Source: Clostridia bacterium
GTDB lineage: Bacteria > Bacillota > Clostridia > Christensenellales > Aristaeellaceae
Length of the DNA stretch: 64,000 nt
Direction: 5' to 3'
Assembly (NCBI GenBank): GCA_017549335.1
Contig: JAFYVB010000019.1
Location: 241-64,240 of the forward strand
In this document: positions 26,285 to 35,208 of the stretch, in pieces
How the letters are laid out: the number at the start of each line of letters is the position of its first letter
Numbering within the stretch: position 1 is the stretch's first letter
Notes under the pieces: generated by a model
What the model was told of the DNA's origin: nothing
The model's database searches: none
The model's input: the letters and a program-made list of their open reading frames with translations, nothing else
Position numbers and translations under genes: made by a program

Positions 26285-27508
26285 ATGCAAAAAACAAGAC
26301 TTCGCCGCTATGCCAAACTGATCGCCAAAATGGGCGCCAACGTTCAGAAGGGGCAGGATGTTTTCCTGTTTGCCGGCCTTGACCAGCCTGATTTCGTTGT
26401 TATGCTCACCGATGAGCTTTATAAATGCGGCGCCCGCAAGGTGCACGTTCGCTTCAGCTATCAGCCCCTTGAAAAGTATCATGTGCGTCACCAGAGCATC
26501 AAAACCCTTTCCACGGTAGACGCCGTATCCGAAGCCGATCTCAAATACATGGCGGAAAAGCTGCCCTGCCGCGTATACCTCACTTCCAACGATCCCGACG
26601 GCCTCAAGGGCATGAATATCGGCAAGCTCTCCAAGGGACAGCAGGCGCGTTATCCCCTCATCAAGCCCTACACCGACGCCATCGACGGCAAGCATCAGTG
26701 GTGCATCGCCGCCGTCCCCGGTGCTGCCTGGGCAAAGAAGGTATTCCCCGGTCTGCGCGCCGGCGCGGCCATGGAAAAGCTGTGGGAAGCCATTCTCACC
26801 ACCGCCCGTGTAGACGATGATCCCATCGCTGCCTGGGAAGCCCACAATAAGGATCTGCAGGATCGCTGCGCTTACCTGACCAATCTGGGCATCGAAACGC
26901 TGGAATACAAAGCAGCCAACGGCACCGATCTGCGTGTGGGCATGATCGAAGAAGCCGTCTTCTGCGGCGGTATTGAAACCACCAAGGCAGGCGTAACCTT
27001 TAATCCCAACATTCCCACCGAAGAATGCTTCATCTCCCCCAAGCGCGGTGAAGCGGAAGGCATTGTTTACTCCTCCAAGCCCCTGTCCTATCAGGGACAG
27101 CTGATCGAGAACTTCTGGTTCCGTTTTGAAGGCGGCCGTGTGGTCGAAGCCCAAGCCGAAAAGAATGACGAAGCTCTGCAGAAGATGATCAACATGGACG
27201 AAGGCGCCCGTTATCTGGGCGAGTGCGCCCTTGTTCCCTTCTCCAGCCCCATTAATCAAACCGGGCTTCTTTTCTACAACACCCTCTTTGATGAAAATGC
27301 CTGCTGTCATCTGGCCTTGGGCCGCGGCTTTGGCGATACCATCCGCGATTATCACAACAGAACCCATGAAGAAATCAAAGCGCTGGGCATCAACGAATCC
27401 ATGATCCACGTGGACTTCATGATCGGCACGGCGGATCTTTCCATTGTTGCTCACTGCCGCGACGGCAAGACCGTTCAGATCTTCAAGGACGGCGAGTGGG
27501 CGTTCTGA
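26285..27508 (+). CDS. M29 aminopeptidase (AmpS/PepS type)
   Basis: 407 aa, with a family-typical N-terminus (YAKLIAKMGANVQKGQ) and C-terminal ECALVPF, NTLFDENACCHLALG and HVDFMIG. AGGAGGA RBS. Confidence 0.9.
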   Translation: MQKTRLRRYAKLIAKMGANVQKGQDVFLFAGLDQPDFVVMLTDELYKCGARKVHVRFSYQPLEKYHVRHQSIKTLSTVDAVSEADLKYMAEKLPCRVYLTSNDPDGLKGMNIGKLSKGQQARYPLIKPYTDAIDGKHQWCIAAVPGAAWAKKVFPGLRAGAAMEKLWEAILTTARVDDDPIAAWEAHNKDLQDRCAYLTNLGIETLEYKAANGTDLRVGMIEEAVFCGGIETTKAGVTFNPNIPTEECFISPKRGEAEGIVYSSKPLSYQGQLIENFWFRFEGGRVVEAQAEKNDEALQKMINMDEGARYLGECALVPFSSPINQTGLLFYNTLFDENACCHLALGRGFGDTIRDYHNRTHEEIKALGINESMIHVDFMIGTADLSIVAHCRDGKTVQIFKDGEWAF

Positions 27509-27518
27509 TCGCAAAAAG

Positions 27519-27549
27519 AAAGAGACCGTTAAACCGGTCTCTTTTTTTA
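27519..27549. terminator. bidirectional terminator
   Basis: AGAGACCG-N6-CGGTCTCT flanked by A- and T-runs. Confidence 0.7.
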
Positions 27550-27551
27550 TG

Positions 27552-28772
27552 TCAGTATTTCCCTGTTCCGCCGCAGGAGCTGCATCTTCCGCCCATGCAG
27601 AAATTGCAGTCCTGCTGTACATATTGCGTCGTTCCGGGCACCCACGTGGATACGCTGCCCATACCGCCGCAGCTGCGGCATCTTCCGCTGCCCCCGCAGG
27701 AGCCGCATGTCCATCCCGATACGCTGCTGCCCGTTTTGGTCGAGGTTGTTTGCTTCTTTTCCTCGGGCTTGAGGCTTACCGCGCACAGTGCCTCGATGTC
27801 GCCCGGCTCCACGCCGTCCTTCATTTTGGCGTATACGTAGTATACCGCCGCGACGTCCTTTTCATAATACATCACGCGCACAAATACGGATTGGTATTTG
27901 TTGTTCTCCTTGATCGTAGGCCCGTAAAGCCCGCCGTCACAGCTGGTGAGGAAGAAGGGATTTCCCCCGTGACCGTTATTGAAAATCTTCGTCTGCGTTT
28001 GATTGGTATATGCCGTAGATGCAGTGAGAAAATCATCCAGTTCAAAGATATCCCCCTGCATCATATATCCCGCGTCATGACAGAAATAAATTTCCTCGTT
28101 CCTGTAATAATCGCCCACCCACAGCCATTCGCTTTTGTTGAGATGCCGCTTTGCCGTGCCGGTATACGTCTTTCCGCCGCGGACGATCATCGCCTCGCCG
28201 ATTTTCACCCTGAAGCGCCCGTCCTGCGTTTCAAAGGTATCGTCGCCGTACCTGATCAGCGCAGCGTCGGCGGAAGCGCCACGGGTATTCACCGCAGCGT
28301 TATTTCCGCTCATGCGGTGGCCAAGATCCTTCATTTTGAGATCCGACGTGAACTTGAATGTATATTCTCCGCGGCTTTGGGAATAAATGCACAAATGGCA
28401 GTTCGGCCCCTTGTATGTGGACGGAACAATCTTTTCAAAGTCCGCGCCGTCATAATCGAGTTTCCACGATACGTACTTTCCCTGCTCAAAATAGCCCGCC
28501 AGCGTAAAGCCTTGATCCTGCAGATACGCGACGTATGCTTCCATCACTTCAACCTTGGCGTAGTATGTCAGATACTGAACAACCGGCCCGTCAACATCAT
28601 ACAGCCTGTCATTGGTTTTCGCCGCGCCTTCACTCCAGTCATGGAAGGATTGAAAGACATTTTCCTCCTGCCGGTTTTCAAGCGTAATCTTTTCCGCTAC
28701 AAGCGTACCCTCCGCCTGCACGCAGGTAATCAGGCATACAAACAGCATACACAGACACAACATTCTTTTCAC
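27552..28772 (-). CDS. signal-peptide protein with C-terminal DnaJ-type CxxCxGxG zinc-finger repeats
   Basis: GTG 28772 follows GGAGGG. The N-terminus is MKRMLCLCMLFVCLITCVQAEG. The C-terminus is CGSCGGSGRCRSCGGMG...CNFCMGGRCSSCGGTG. Confidence 0.75.
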   Translation of the reverse strand: MKRMLCLCMLFVCLITCVQAEGTLVAEKITLENRQEENVFQSFHDWSEGAAKTNDRLYDVDGPVVQYLTYYAKVEVMEAYVAYLQDQGFTLAGYFEQGKYVSWKLDYDGADFEKIVPSTYKGPNCHLCIYSQSRGEYTFKFTSDLKMKDLGHRMSGNNAAVNTRGASADAALIRYGDDTFETQDGRFRVKIGEAMIVRGGKTYTGTAKRHLNKSEWLWVGDYYRNEEIYFCHDAGYMMQGDIFELDDFLTASTAYTNQTQTKIFNNGHGGNPFFLTSCDGGLYGPTIKENNKYQSVFVRVMYYEKDVAAVYYVYAKMKDGVEPGDIEALCAVSLKPEEKKQTTSTKTGSSVSGWTCGSCGGSGRCRSCGGMGSVSTWVPGTTQYVQQDCNFCMGGRCSSCGGTGKY

Positions 28773-28775
28773 GGT

Positions 28776-29633
28776 TTATCCCTCCATCGCCAGCAGATAT
28801 CTGCCCAGCTTCACAGTATATTTCATAAATTCCATGCGCAGCACGTTATCCTCCGGCAGGCACTTGAGCGGCTGCGCAGATTCATACACAAAGTCGCCCT
28901 TGTAGCCGCTGTTTTTAAGTGCTCTTACCACCTTCGGCCAATCAATAATGCCCATGTAAGGCATAAAATGATCGTCCTTCTCGCCGCGGTTGTCCTGAAT
29001 GTGAGTGCATTTAAGATGCTTACCCAGCAGCATGATATTCTCCGCCTGATCCAGGCCCTCGATAAGATTGCCATGTCCCGTATCCCAGCAAAAGCCGAAG
29101 CGCTCGTGATTGCCCGCCGCTTCCCGCAGCTTCAAAAGTCTTTCCGCGTTGCAGAAATAGGTACGCCCGGTGTTTTCAAAGGCAAGGCCAATGCACGGCA
29201 CAGCGCTGATGGCATGGTTGAAAAAGTCAACATTCCTTTTGAACATTTCTTCTTCATCCGTTCCGCACAGCGTCATGAAATCCAGCGGATGCACCACTGC
29301 CCAGGGAGCGCCTAGACGCTCAGCCAATTCCAGCGTACGGATGATATGCTTGTAATAATCCTCAAGCTGCTGAGGATCTTTATAATCCGCAACATGACCG
29401 AAGCGTGCATGCACCTGAGAAATGGGCATGCCGGTTTCCCTGAGTATCTCTTTGGCTTTTTCGATGAAGGCATCCTGCTCTTCATGCGTCAGCGTCATGT
29501 CTATCTCGTTGAAATGAACATCCACCGCGTCAAAGCCCGCCTCTTTACAGGCATAGATGCCCTCAAGCGCGCGTGCGGGCGCATTGCCATCGCTCCGCAG
29601 CGAAAAAATATTCAGCGTTGTGGAAAGCCGCAT
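28776..29633 (-). CDS. sugar phosphate isomerase/epimerase (TIM barrel)
   Basis: Family pattern (VHPL...FEN...DTGHGN). GAGGTGA RBS. 3 nt upstream of the next gene. Confidence 0.85.
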   Translation of the reverse strand: MRLSTTLNIFSLRSDGNAPARALEGIYACKEAGFDAVDVHFNEIDMTLTHEEQDAFIEKAKEILRETGMPISQVHARFGHVADYKDPQQLEDYYKHIIRTLELAERLGAPWAVVHPLDFMTLCGTDEEEMFKRNVDFFNHAISAVPCIGLAFENTGRTYFCNAERLLKLREAAGNHERFGFCWDTGHGNLIEGLDQAENIMLLGKHLKCTHIQDNRGEKDDHFMPYMGIIDWPKVVRALKNSGYKGDFVYESAQPLKCLPEDNVLRMEFMKYTVKLGRYLLAMEG

Positions 29634-29750
29634 ACTCTCACCTCAAAATTCATTCGCTGTTTCCATTATAATCCCTTGCAATCCCAGCCGCAAGTAATTA
29701 TAATAGAATTATCCAATTTTTGTACTATTGCTTAAGGAGGCATACTTCCC

Positions 29751-30470
29751 ATGAACACCATCAAAGTCAAGCACGATATGGTACCTTTCGTCGCCCATCG
29801 CGGCTGCAGCGGTCTGGAAAAGGAAAATACCCATGCCGCCTTCGTTGCCGCCGGCAACCGCAGCTACTTCGGCATCGAAACCGACGTTCACCGCACGCTG
29901 GACGGCAAGTTCATCTGCTTCCATGACGACACCACCGGCCGCGTCGCCATCGACAACATGGTCGTCGAGCAGACCACCTTTGATACCCTGCGCAACCTGA
30001 TCCTTGCCGACACCGACGGCAAGAAGGGCCGTACCGACCTGCGTATGCCCACCCTGCAGGAATACATCCAGATCTGCAAAAAGTACGGCAAGATCGCCGT
30101 TCTGGAGCTGAAGAACACCTTCGAACCTGCTGACGTGATGAAGATCGTTGAGATCATCAAGAACGAAGATTACCTCATCAGCACCATCTTCATTTCCTTC
30201 TCCTTCACCAACATGGTCACCCTGCGCAACCTGCTGCCCGAGCAGCCCTGCCAGTACCTGCTCAGCAAATGGGGCGAGGATCCCATTCCCCAGCTGAAGG
30301 AGTACAACCTGGATCTGGACATCCGTTACACCGAGCTGAACGAAGAGCGCATCAAGGCGCTGCACGAAGCGGGCATCAAGGTCAACTGCTGGACCGTGGA
30401 TGACAAGAAGGCCGCCGAGCAGCTGATCGAATGGGGCATTGACTACATCACCACCAATATTCTGGAATAA
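29751..30470 (+). CDS. glycerophosphodiester phosphodiesterase
   Basis: VAHRGCSGLEKENT...GIETDVHRTLDGKFICFHDD. AAGGAGG RBS. Confidence 0.9.
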   Translation: MNTIKVKHDMVPFVAHRGCSGLEKENTHAAFVAAGNRSYFGIETDVHRTLDGKFICFHDDTTGRVAIDNMVVEQTTFDTLRNLILADTDGKKGRTDLRMPTLQEYIQICKKYGKIAVLELKNTFEPADVMKIVEIIKNEDYLISTIFISFSFTNMVTLRNLLPEQPCQYLLSKWGEDPIPQLKEYNLDLDIRYTELNEERIKALHEAGIKVNCWTVDDKKAAEQLIEWGIDYITTNILE

Positions 30471-30481
30471 TCTTCACGCAA

Positions 30482-30516
30482 AAGCACCGACTCATTTGAG
30501 CCGGTGCTTCTTTTTA
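30482..30516. terminator. bidirectional terminator
   Basis: AAGCACCG-N12-CGGTGCTT followed by a T-run. Confidence 0.7.
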
Positions 30517-32172
30517 TTCTTCTCTCAGCTTTTTCAGCCGCTTCATCACGTCATTTTCTCCGCGACCGAAATAATCGTGCAGCTTGCGATATTCTGCGAA
30601 CAGCTGCTCATAAACCAGCACGTTTTGGGGAATGGGCGTATACACCTTCTGCTCAGTCTGCGCCATGGCACGGATGGCATCAAACGCGCTGTCATAGCCG
30701 CCCTTTTCTCCGCCTACCGCGGCAGCAGCCAGAATAGCGCTGCCCAGCGCCGGTCCCTGATCGCTGCCGGCAATGCGTACAGGCATATTGAGTACGTCCG
30801 CATAAATCTGCATCGCCATGGCATTTTTCTGGCTGATGCCGCCCGTGGCAAACAACTCATTCACAGGAACGCCGTTTTCGCGGAAGTTCTCAATGATCAT
30901 GCGAGCACCGTAGGCTGTGGATTCGATCAGGGCGCGGTAAATCTCTTCTGCCTTGGTTTGCAGCGTAAGCCCCAGGAGCATCCCCGTCAGATCAAAATCC
31001 ACCAGAATGCTGCGGTTTCCGTTCCACCAATCCAGCGCAAGCAAGCCGCTTTCGCCGGGACGAAGTTTTTCGGCAAGCTCTGTCAGGTAAGCCTGAATAT
31101 GCATCCCGCGCTTTTCAGCTTCCTCAAAATATACTGCCGGAACGCAGTTTTTAACGAACCACGCATACTGATCGCCCATGCAGCTTTGTCCCGCCTCGTA
31201 GCAGAAATAGCCCGGCAAAATGCCATCCTCCAGCACTCCGCAGATTCCCGGCACAGGCGCTCCCGTTTCCGAAAGAGCCATGAAACAACCAGACGTGCCC
31301 ATCACGATCATCAACTGCCCGGGCTTGGTCATGCCAACGGCAGGCACGCCGCCATGCGCATCCAATATGCCTACGCACACAGGCAAGCCTTTCGGGAGAT
31401 CGAGCTTTACCGCCATTTCATCCGTTACCGTCGCTGCAACGCTTACCAATTCCTGAATAGGTGCTTTGACTTTCTTGTGCATCGCTTCTTTCAGAACGGG
31501 ATGAACGGCTTCAAAGTAGGCATCCCGCGGGAAGCCCGTGTGCTTATTCCAAAGGAACTTATACCCCGCCGCGCAATAGTTGCGGATCAGTTTTCCTGTC
31601 AGCTTAAAGGAAACCCAATCAATGGCTTCCACCCATTCGTCCATGGCTTTATAGACGCCCGGCGCATCCTCGATCACCTCCAGCAGCTTGGGCAGCGCCC
31701 ATTCGCTGGATACCTTGCCGCCGTAATTGACCAGCCAAGGCTCGTTCATTTCAACGGCTGCGCGGGTCATACGATCAGCCTGTTTTTGCGCACCGTGATG
31801 CTTCCACAGTTTTACATAGGCATGGGGCTCGGTTTCAAACTCTTCTCGGAAGCACAGCGGTTCACCGTTTTTATCAATGGGCAAAACCGTACTGGACGTG
31901 AAATCGATTCCCAGCGCGATGATATCGCTTTTATTAACGCCCGATTTTTGAATCACGTCGGGCAGTGTTTTTTCGAGCACTTCCAGATAATCCTTAGGAT
32001 GCTGCAACGACCAATCAGCAGGGAGCTTTTTCCCGCAGGGAATTTCGCTGTTCATCACAGCATGGGGATATTCATACACAGAAGATGCAAGCTGCCGTCC
32101 ATCTTTTACGTCCACCAGCACAGCTCGTCCCGAAAGGGTGCCGTAGTCCAATCCGATCACATATTTACTCAT
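30514..32172 (-). CDS. araB: FGGY-family kinase, ribulokinase-like
   Basis: MSKYVIGLDYGTLSGR..., FGGY motifs and 552 aa. GAGGAG RBS before ATG 32172. Confidence 0.8.
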   Translation of the reverse strand: MSKYVIGLDYGTLSGRAVLVDVKDGRQLASSVYEYPHAVMNSEIPCGKKLPADWSLQHPKDYLEVLEKTLPDVIQKSGVNKSDIIALGIDFTSSTVLPIDKNGEPLCFREEFETEPHAYVKLWKHHGAQKQADRMTRAAVEMNEPWLVNYGGKVSSEWALPKLLEVIEDAPGVYKAMDEWVEAIDWVSFKLTGKLIRNYCAAGYKFLWNKHTGFPRDAYFEAVHPVLKEAMHKKVKAPIQELVSVAATVTDEMAVKLDLPKGLPVCVGILDAHGGVPAVGMTKPGQLMIVMGTSGCFMALSETGAPVPGICGVLEDGILPGYFCYEAGQSCMGDQYAWFVKNCVPAVYFEEAEKRGMHIQAYLTELAEKLRPGESGLLALDWWNGNRSILVDFDLTGMLLGLTLQTKAEEIYRALIESTAYGARMIIENFRENGVPVNELFATGGISQKNAMAMQIYADVLNMPVRIAGSDQGPALGSAILAAAAVGGEKGGYDSAFDAIRAMAQTEQKVYTPIPQNVLVYEQLFAEYRKLHDYFGRGENDVMKRLKKLREE

Positions 32173-33022
32173 CGGTATTTCTCCTCTTTTGGCCGTAGTC
32201 GTCCGTAAACGGAATGATTCTCTTTTCGCCCACCGGCTTATGCCCCAGCACGGTATCCAGATCCACACTGGTCAGTGAGGCGAAAATATTGTTTTTCAGC
32301 TTGGGATTTTCCTTTTCCAGTGCAGCGATCAGATCCTTAACGTACTTTCGCTTGCCGCCGTCTTCACTTTTTGTCACCTTGCATGCACAGCGCAGGCAAT
32401 CCAGGCCCATGGCATTCTGCCAGTCCACAATATGCTCTTCCCGCACGGTGTACAAGGGGCGTATCAGTTCCATGCCATCCCAGTTATCGCTCATCACCTT
32501 AGGCATCATGGTTTTGTATTGACCTTCGTAGAACATACTCAGAAGGACTGTCTGCACCACGTCGTCAAAATGATGCCCCAGTGCAATCTTATTACATCCT
32601 CGTTTTTTTGCTTCCTTATACAGATATCCCCGGCGCATAGCGGCGCATACATGACAAGGGGATGCCGGCGCGCTCTCCACCGCTTCAAAAATAGGGCTGT
32701 CAAATATCTCGAGATCAATTTCGAGCTTCTTTGCATTTTCGATGATTTTCTGTCTGTTTTCAGGTTCATAACCCGGATCCATAGACAGATAGATCAATTC
32801 AAAGGGCATTTCGCTGTGACGCTGCAGCTGTCGAAGACACACTGCCAGCAAAAGCGAATCCTTGCCTCCCGAAATGCATACGGCGATTTTATCTCCCGGC
32901 GCGATCAACTGATAATTTTTCACCGCTTTGATAAAGTTGCGCCAGATAGGCTTGCGGAATGTTGTTATCACGCTATGTTCAGCCGCTGTATGGCGGTCAT
33001 TCATGCAAACGCGCACCTCCAT
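32165..33022 (-). CDS. PP-loop ATPase, TtcA-family tRNA thiolation enzyme
   Basis: SGGKDS PP-loop plus CxxC pairs. The alternative start 33004 also has an upstream GGAGGTG. Confidence 0.8.
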   Translation of the reverse strand: MEVRVCMNDRHTAAEHSVITTFRKPIWRNFIKAVKNYQLIAPGDKIAVCISGGKDSLLLAVCLRQLQRHSEMPFELIYLSMDPGYEPENRQKIIENAKKLEIDLEIFDSPIFEAVESAPASPCHVCAAMRRGYLYKEAKKRGCNKIALGHHFDDVVQTVLLSMFYEGQYKTMMPKVMSDNWDGMELIRPLYTVREEHIVDWQNAMGLDCLRCACKVTKSEDGGKRKYVKDLIAALEKENPKLKNNIFASLTSVDLDTVLGHKPVGEKRIIPFTDDYGQKRRNTDE

Positions 33023-33100
33023 AAAAAGTACAGAAATATTATATCACACCACAGAGATTTGTGCTATAATGAAATCAAACAAGCGAAAGGATTCACTGTA

Positions 33101-33901
33101 ATGCTCGATCTGAATCTTATCAAATTCTCCGTTATCCCCGTGATTAAGAAAGCCGGCGAGCGTATTCGCACCACGCATTCCTCTCCTGTTCATGAAAAGG
33201 CCGGTCACTATAACTTCGTTACCGATACCGACGTTGCCGTACAGGAGTTTCTCCGCGGTGAGCTTTCCAAGCTCCTGCCCGACGCCCGCTTCTTTGCCGA
33301 GGAACAGGAAAACGCCGCTTTGACGGATGAATACACCTGGGTGGTCGATCCCATCGACGGCACTTTGAACTTTATGCGCAACCGTCATTTTTCCTGTGTA
33401 TCCATTGCCCTGCTCAAGGATAAAACGCCTGTACTGGGCATGATCTATAATCCCTTTGCGGACGAATTGTTCACCGCTGTCAAGGGACAGGGCGCCTACT
33501 GCAACGATAACAGCATTCACGTAAGCAGCGCGCATTTTGAAAAATCCCTTTCCACGGTGGGCACTGCGCCTTATAACGCCGAGCTCCACGAGGCAACCGT
33601 TTACTGCATCCGCGAATTCCTCACAAAAGGCGGTGATATCCGCCGCACAGGCTCCGCTGCCCTTGATCTGACGGACGTTGCATCAGGCCGCACCGATACC
33701 TTTGTGGAGCTCATTCTCTCTCCCTGGGATTTTGCAGCGGGCGCTTTGCTGGTCACCGAAGCCGGAGGGCGTTTTGATATGCCTTACAACGAAAACGGCA
33801 TCGATTTTGGCAAGCCTGCCGCCATTTTTGCCAGCAATCCCGTTACCTATGAAAAGGCCCTCCAAATCGTCAAAAAAGCAAAGGAGCTGATCAAAGAATG
33901 A
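33101..33901 (+). CDS. inositol monophosphatase family protein
   Basis: WVVDPIDGTLNF and AALDL motifs. Confidence 0.9.
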   Translation: MLDLNLIKFSVIPVIKKAGERIRTTHSSPVHEKAGHYNFVTDTDVAVQEFLRGELSKLLPDARFFAEEQENAALTDEYTWVVDPIDGTLNFMRNRHFSCVSIALLKDKTPVLGMIYNPFADELFTAVKGQGAYCNDNSIHVSSAHFEKSLSTVGTAPYNAELHEATVYCIREFLTKGGDIRRTGSAALDLTDVASGRTDTFVELILSPWDFAAGALLVTEAGGRFDMPYNENGIDFGKPAAIFASNPVTYEKALQIVKKAKELIKE

Positions 33902-34728
33902 TCCTGTCCTCGCCTCATGTACACACGCAGTTTTGCGACGGCAAAAACACAGCCGAAGAAATGGTGCTTTCCGCCCTTGAACACGGCTTTCAATCCATTG
34001 GCCTTTCCAGCCATGCAAAACAGCATTTCGATCATCAATACGCGATGGACACTGAGCGTGAGGAAGCCTATATTCGCGAAGTGCGTCGTCTGCAAAAGAA
34101 ATACGAAGATAAGATCCGAATCTGGCTTGGAACCGAGCTTGATCTGTTTTGCTGTGCCGAGACCGGCCGTTTTGATTATGTGATCGGCTCTCTGCATCTC
34201 ATCCCCACTGCCGATAGGATCCTTGGAGTTGACAACACCAAGGAGCGTCTTTTGAACATCTGCGATGACGTCTTCGACAAAGACGGCATTGCCATGGCCA
34301 TTGAGTATTTCCGCTATTACGGCGCATATATCTATGCCCAGCGTCCGCACATCGCCGGACATATGGATCTGATCCGCAAAAACAATATGGAAGGCGATAT
34401 CTTTGACGAAAGCGACCCGCGCTATCGCAAAGCTGCCCTCAACGCCCTCGGCATGGTAAGAAATTCCGGCGCTATCATTGAAGTGAACACCGGCGCCATG
34501 GCGCGCTACGGTGCAAAAACGCCCTATCCCGATCGTTTTCTGCTGGAAGAGTGGCTGAACATGGGCGGCGAGGTCATCCTTTCCTCCGATTGCCATCGTG
34601 CCGAACACATTATGACCGGTTATGCGCAGTCCGTAGACCTTCTGCTTTCCATTGGTTACAAAACGGTGAAAGTCCTGGGCACCGGAAATGCGCTGTTTGA
34701 AACAACAGAGCTAAAGCCCCTGCGATGA
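33898..34728 (+). CDS. PHP-domain histidinol-phosphatase family protein
   Basis: HVHTQFCDG N-terminus. ATGA overlap with the upstream gene. Confidence 0.8.
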   Translation: MILSSPHVHTQFCDGKNTAEEMVLSALEHGFQSIGLSSHAKQHFDHQYAMDTEREEAYIREVRRLQKKYEDKIRIWLGTELDLFCCAETGRFDYVIGSLHLIPTADRILGVDNTKERLLNICDDVFDKDGIAMAIEYFRYYGAYIYAQRPHIAGHMDLIRKNNMEGDIFDESDPRYRKAALNALGMVRNSGAIIEVNTGAMARYGAKTPYPDRFLLEEWLNMGGEVILSSDCHRAEHIMTGYAQSVDLLLSIGYKTVKVLGTGNALFETTELKPLR

Positions 34729-35069
34729 ACATGGATTTGAAGAAGATCCACGACCGCTGCATGAGTCAGCCCGGCGCGGAAGTAACCTATCCCTTTGGCC
34801 CAACACCCGTATGTTATAAACTGCACGGGAAAATATTTGCCATGTTCTTTCATGAGTGGCAGGATCCCATCATCACGCTGAAATGCCAAAAGGATGCAAA
34901 CATTCCCCTCCGCGCCCTGTTTCCAGATCATATCATCCGCGCCTATCACCTTTCCGACGCCCACCAACCCTACTGGTTTTCGGTCAGAATAAAAGGATTT
35001 CCGGAAGAAGTACTGCTGCAGCTGATCGATGAGGCCTATGATGCACTACGAAGCAGTATCATCAAATAG
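34725..35069 (+). CDS. MmcQ/YjbR-family protein
   Basis: PGAEVTYPFG...YKLHGKIFAM pattern. ATGA overlap. Confidence 0.75.
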   Translation: MNMDLKKIHDRCMSQPGAEVTYPFGPTPVCYKLHGKIFAMFFHEWQDPIITLKCQKDANIPLRALFPDHIIRAYHLSDAHQPYWFSVRIKGFPEEVLLQLIDEAYDALRSSIIK

Positions 35070-35071
35070 CA

Positions 35072-35108
35072 AAAGCGCTTCGGATACTCCGAAGCGCTTT
35101 CTCTTTTT
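35072..35108 (+). terminator. intrinsic terminator
   Basis: AAAGCGCTTCGG-N5-CCGAAGCGCTTT followed by CTCTTTTT. Confidence 0.7.
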
Positions 35109-35208
35109 GCAATATTATTATAGCAAAAATCACGGTTCATTTCAAGACTTGTATTTGTCTCCGATATATGTACAATTTTCTTGTAAGATGTTTTAAGGAG
35201 GCGAACAT

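Noticed and set aside
26150-32208. Long ORFs 26150..27622 (-), 27444..29315 (+) and 30439..32208 (+)
   Set aside because: Each spans two or more convincingly annotated opposite-strand genes and crosses terminators. They are shadow frames.
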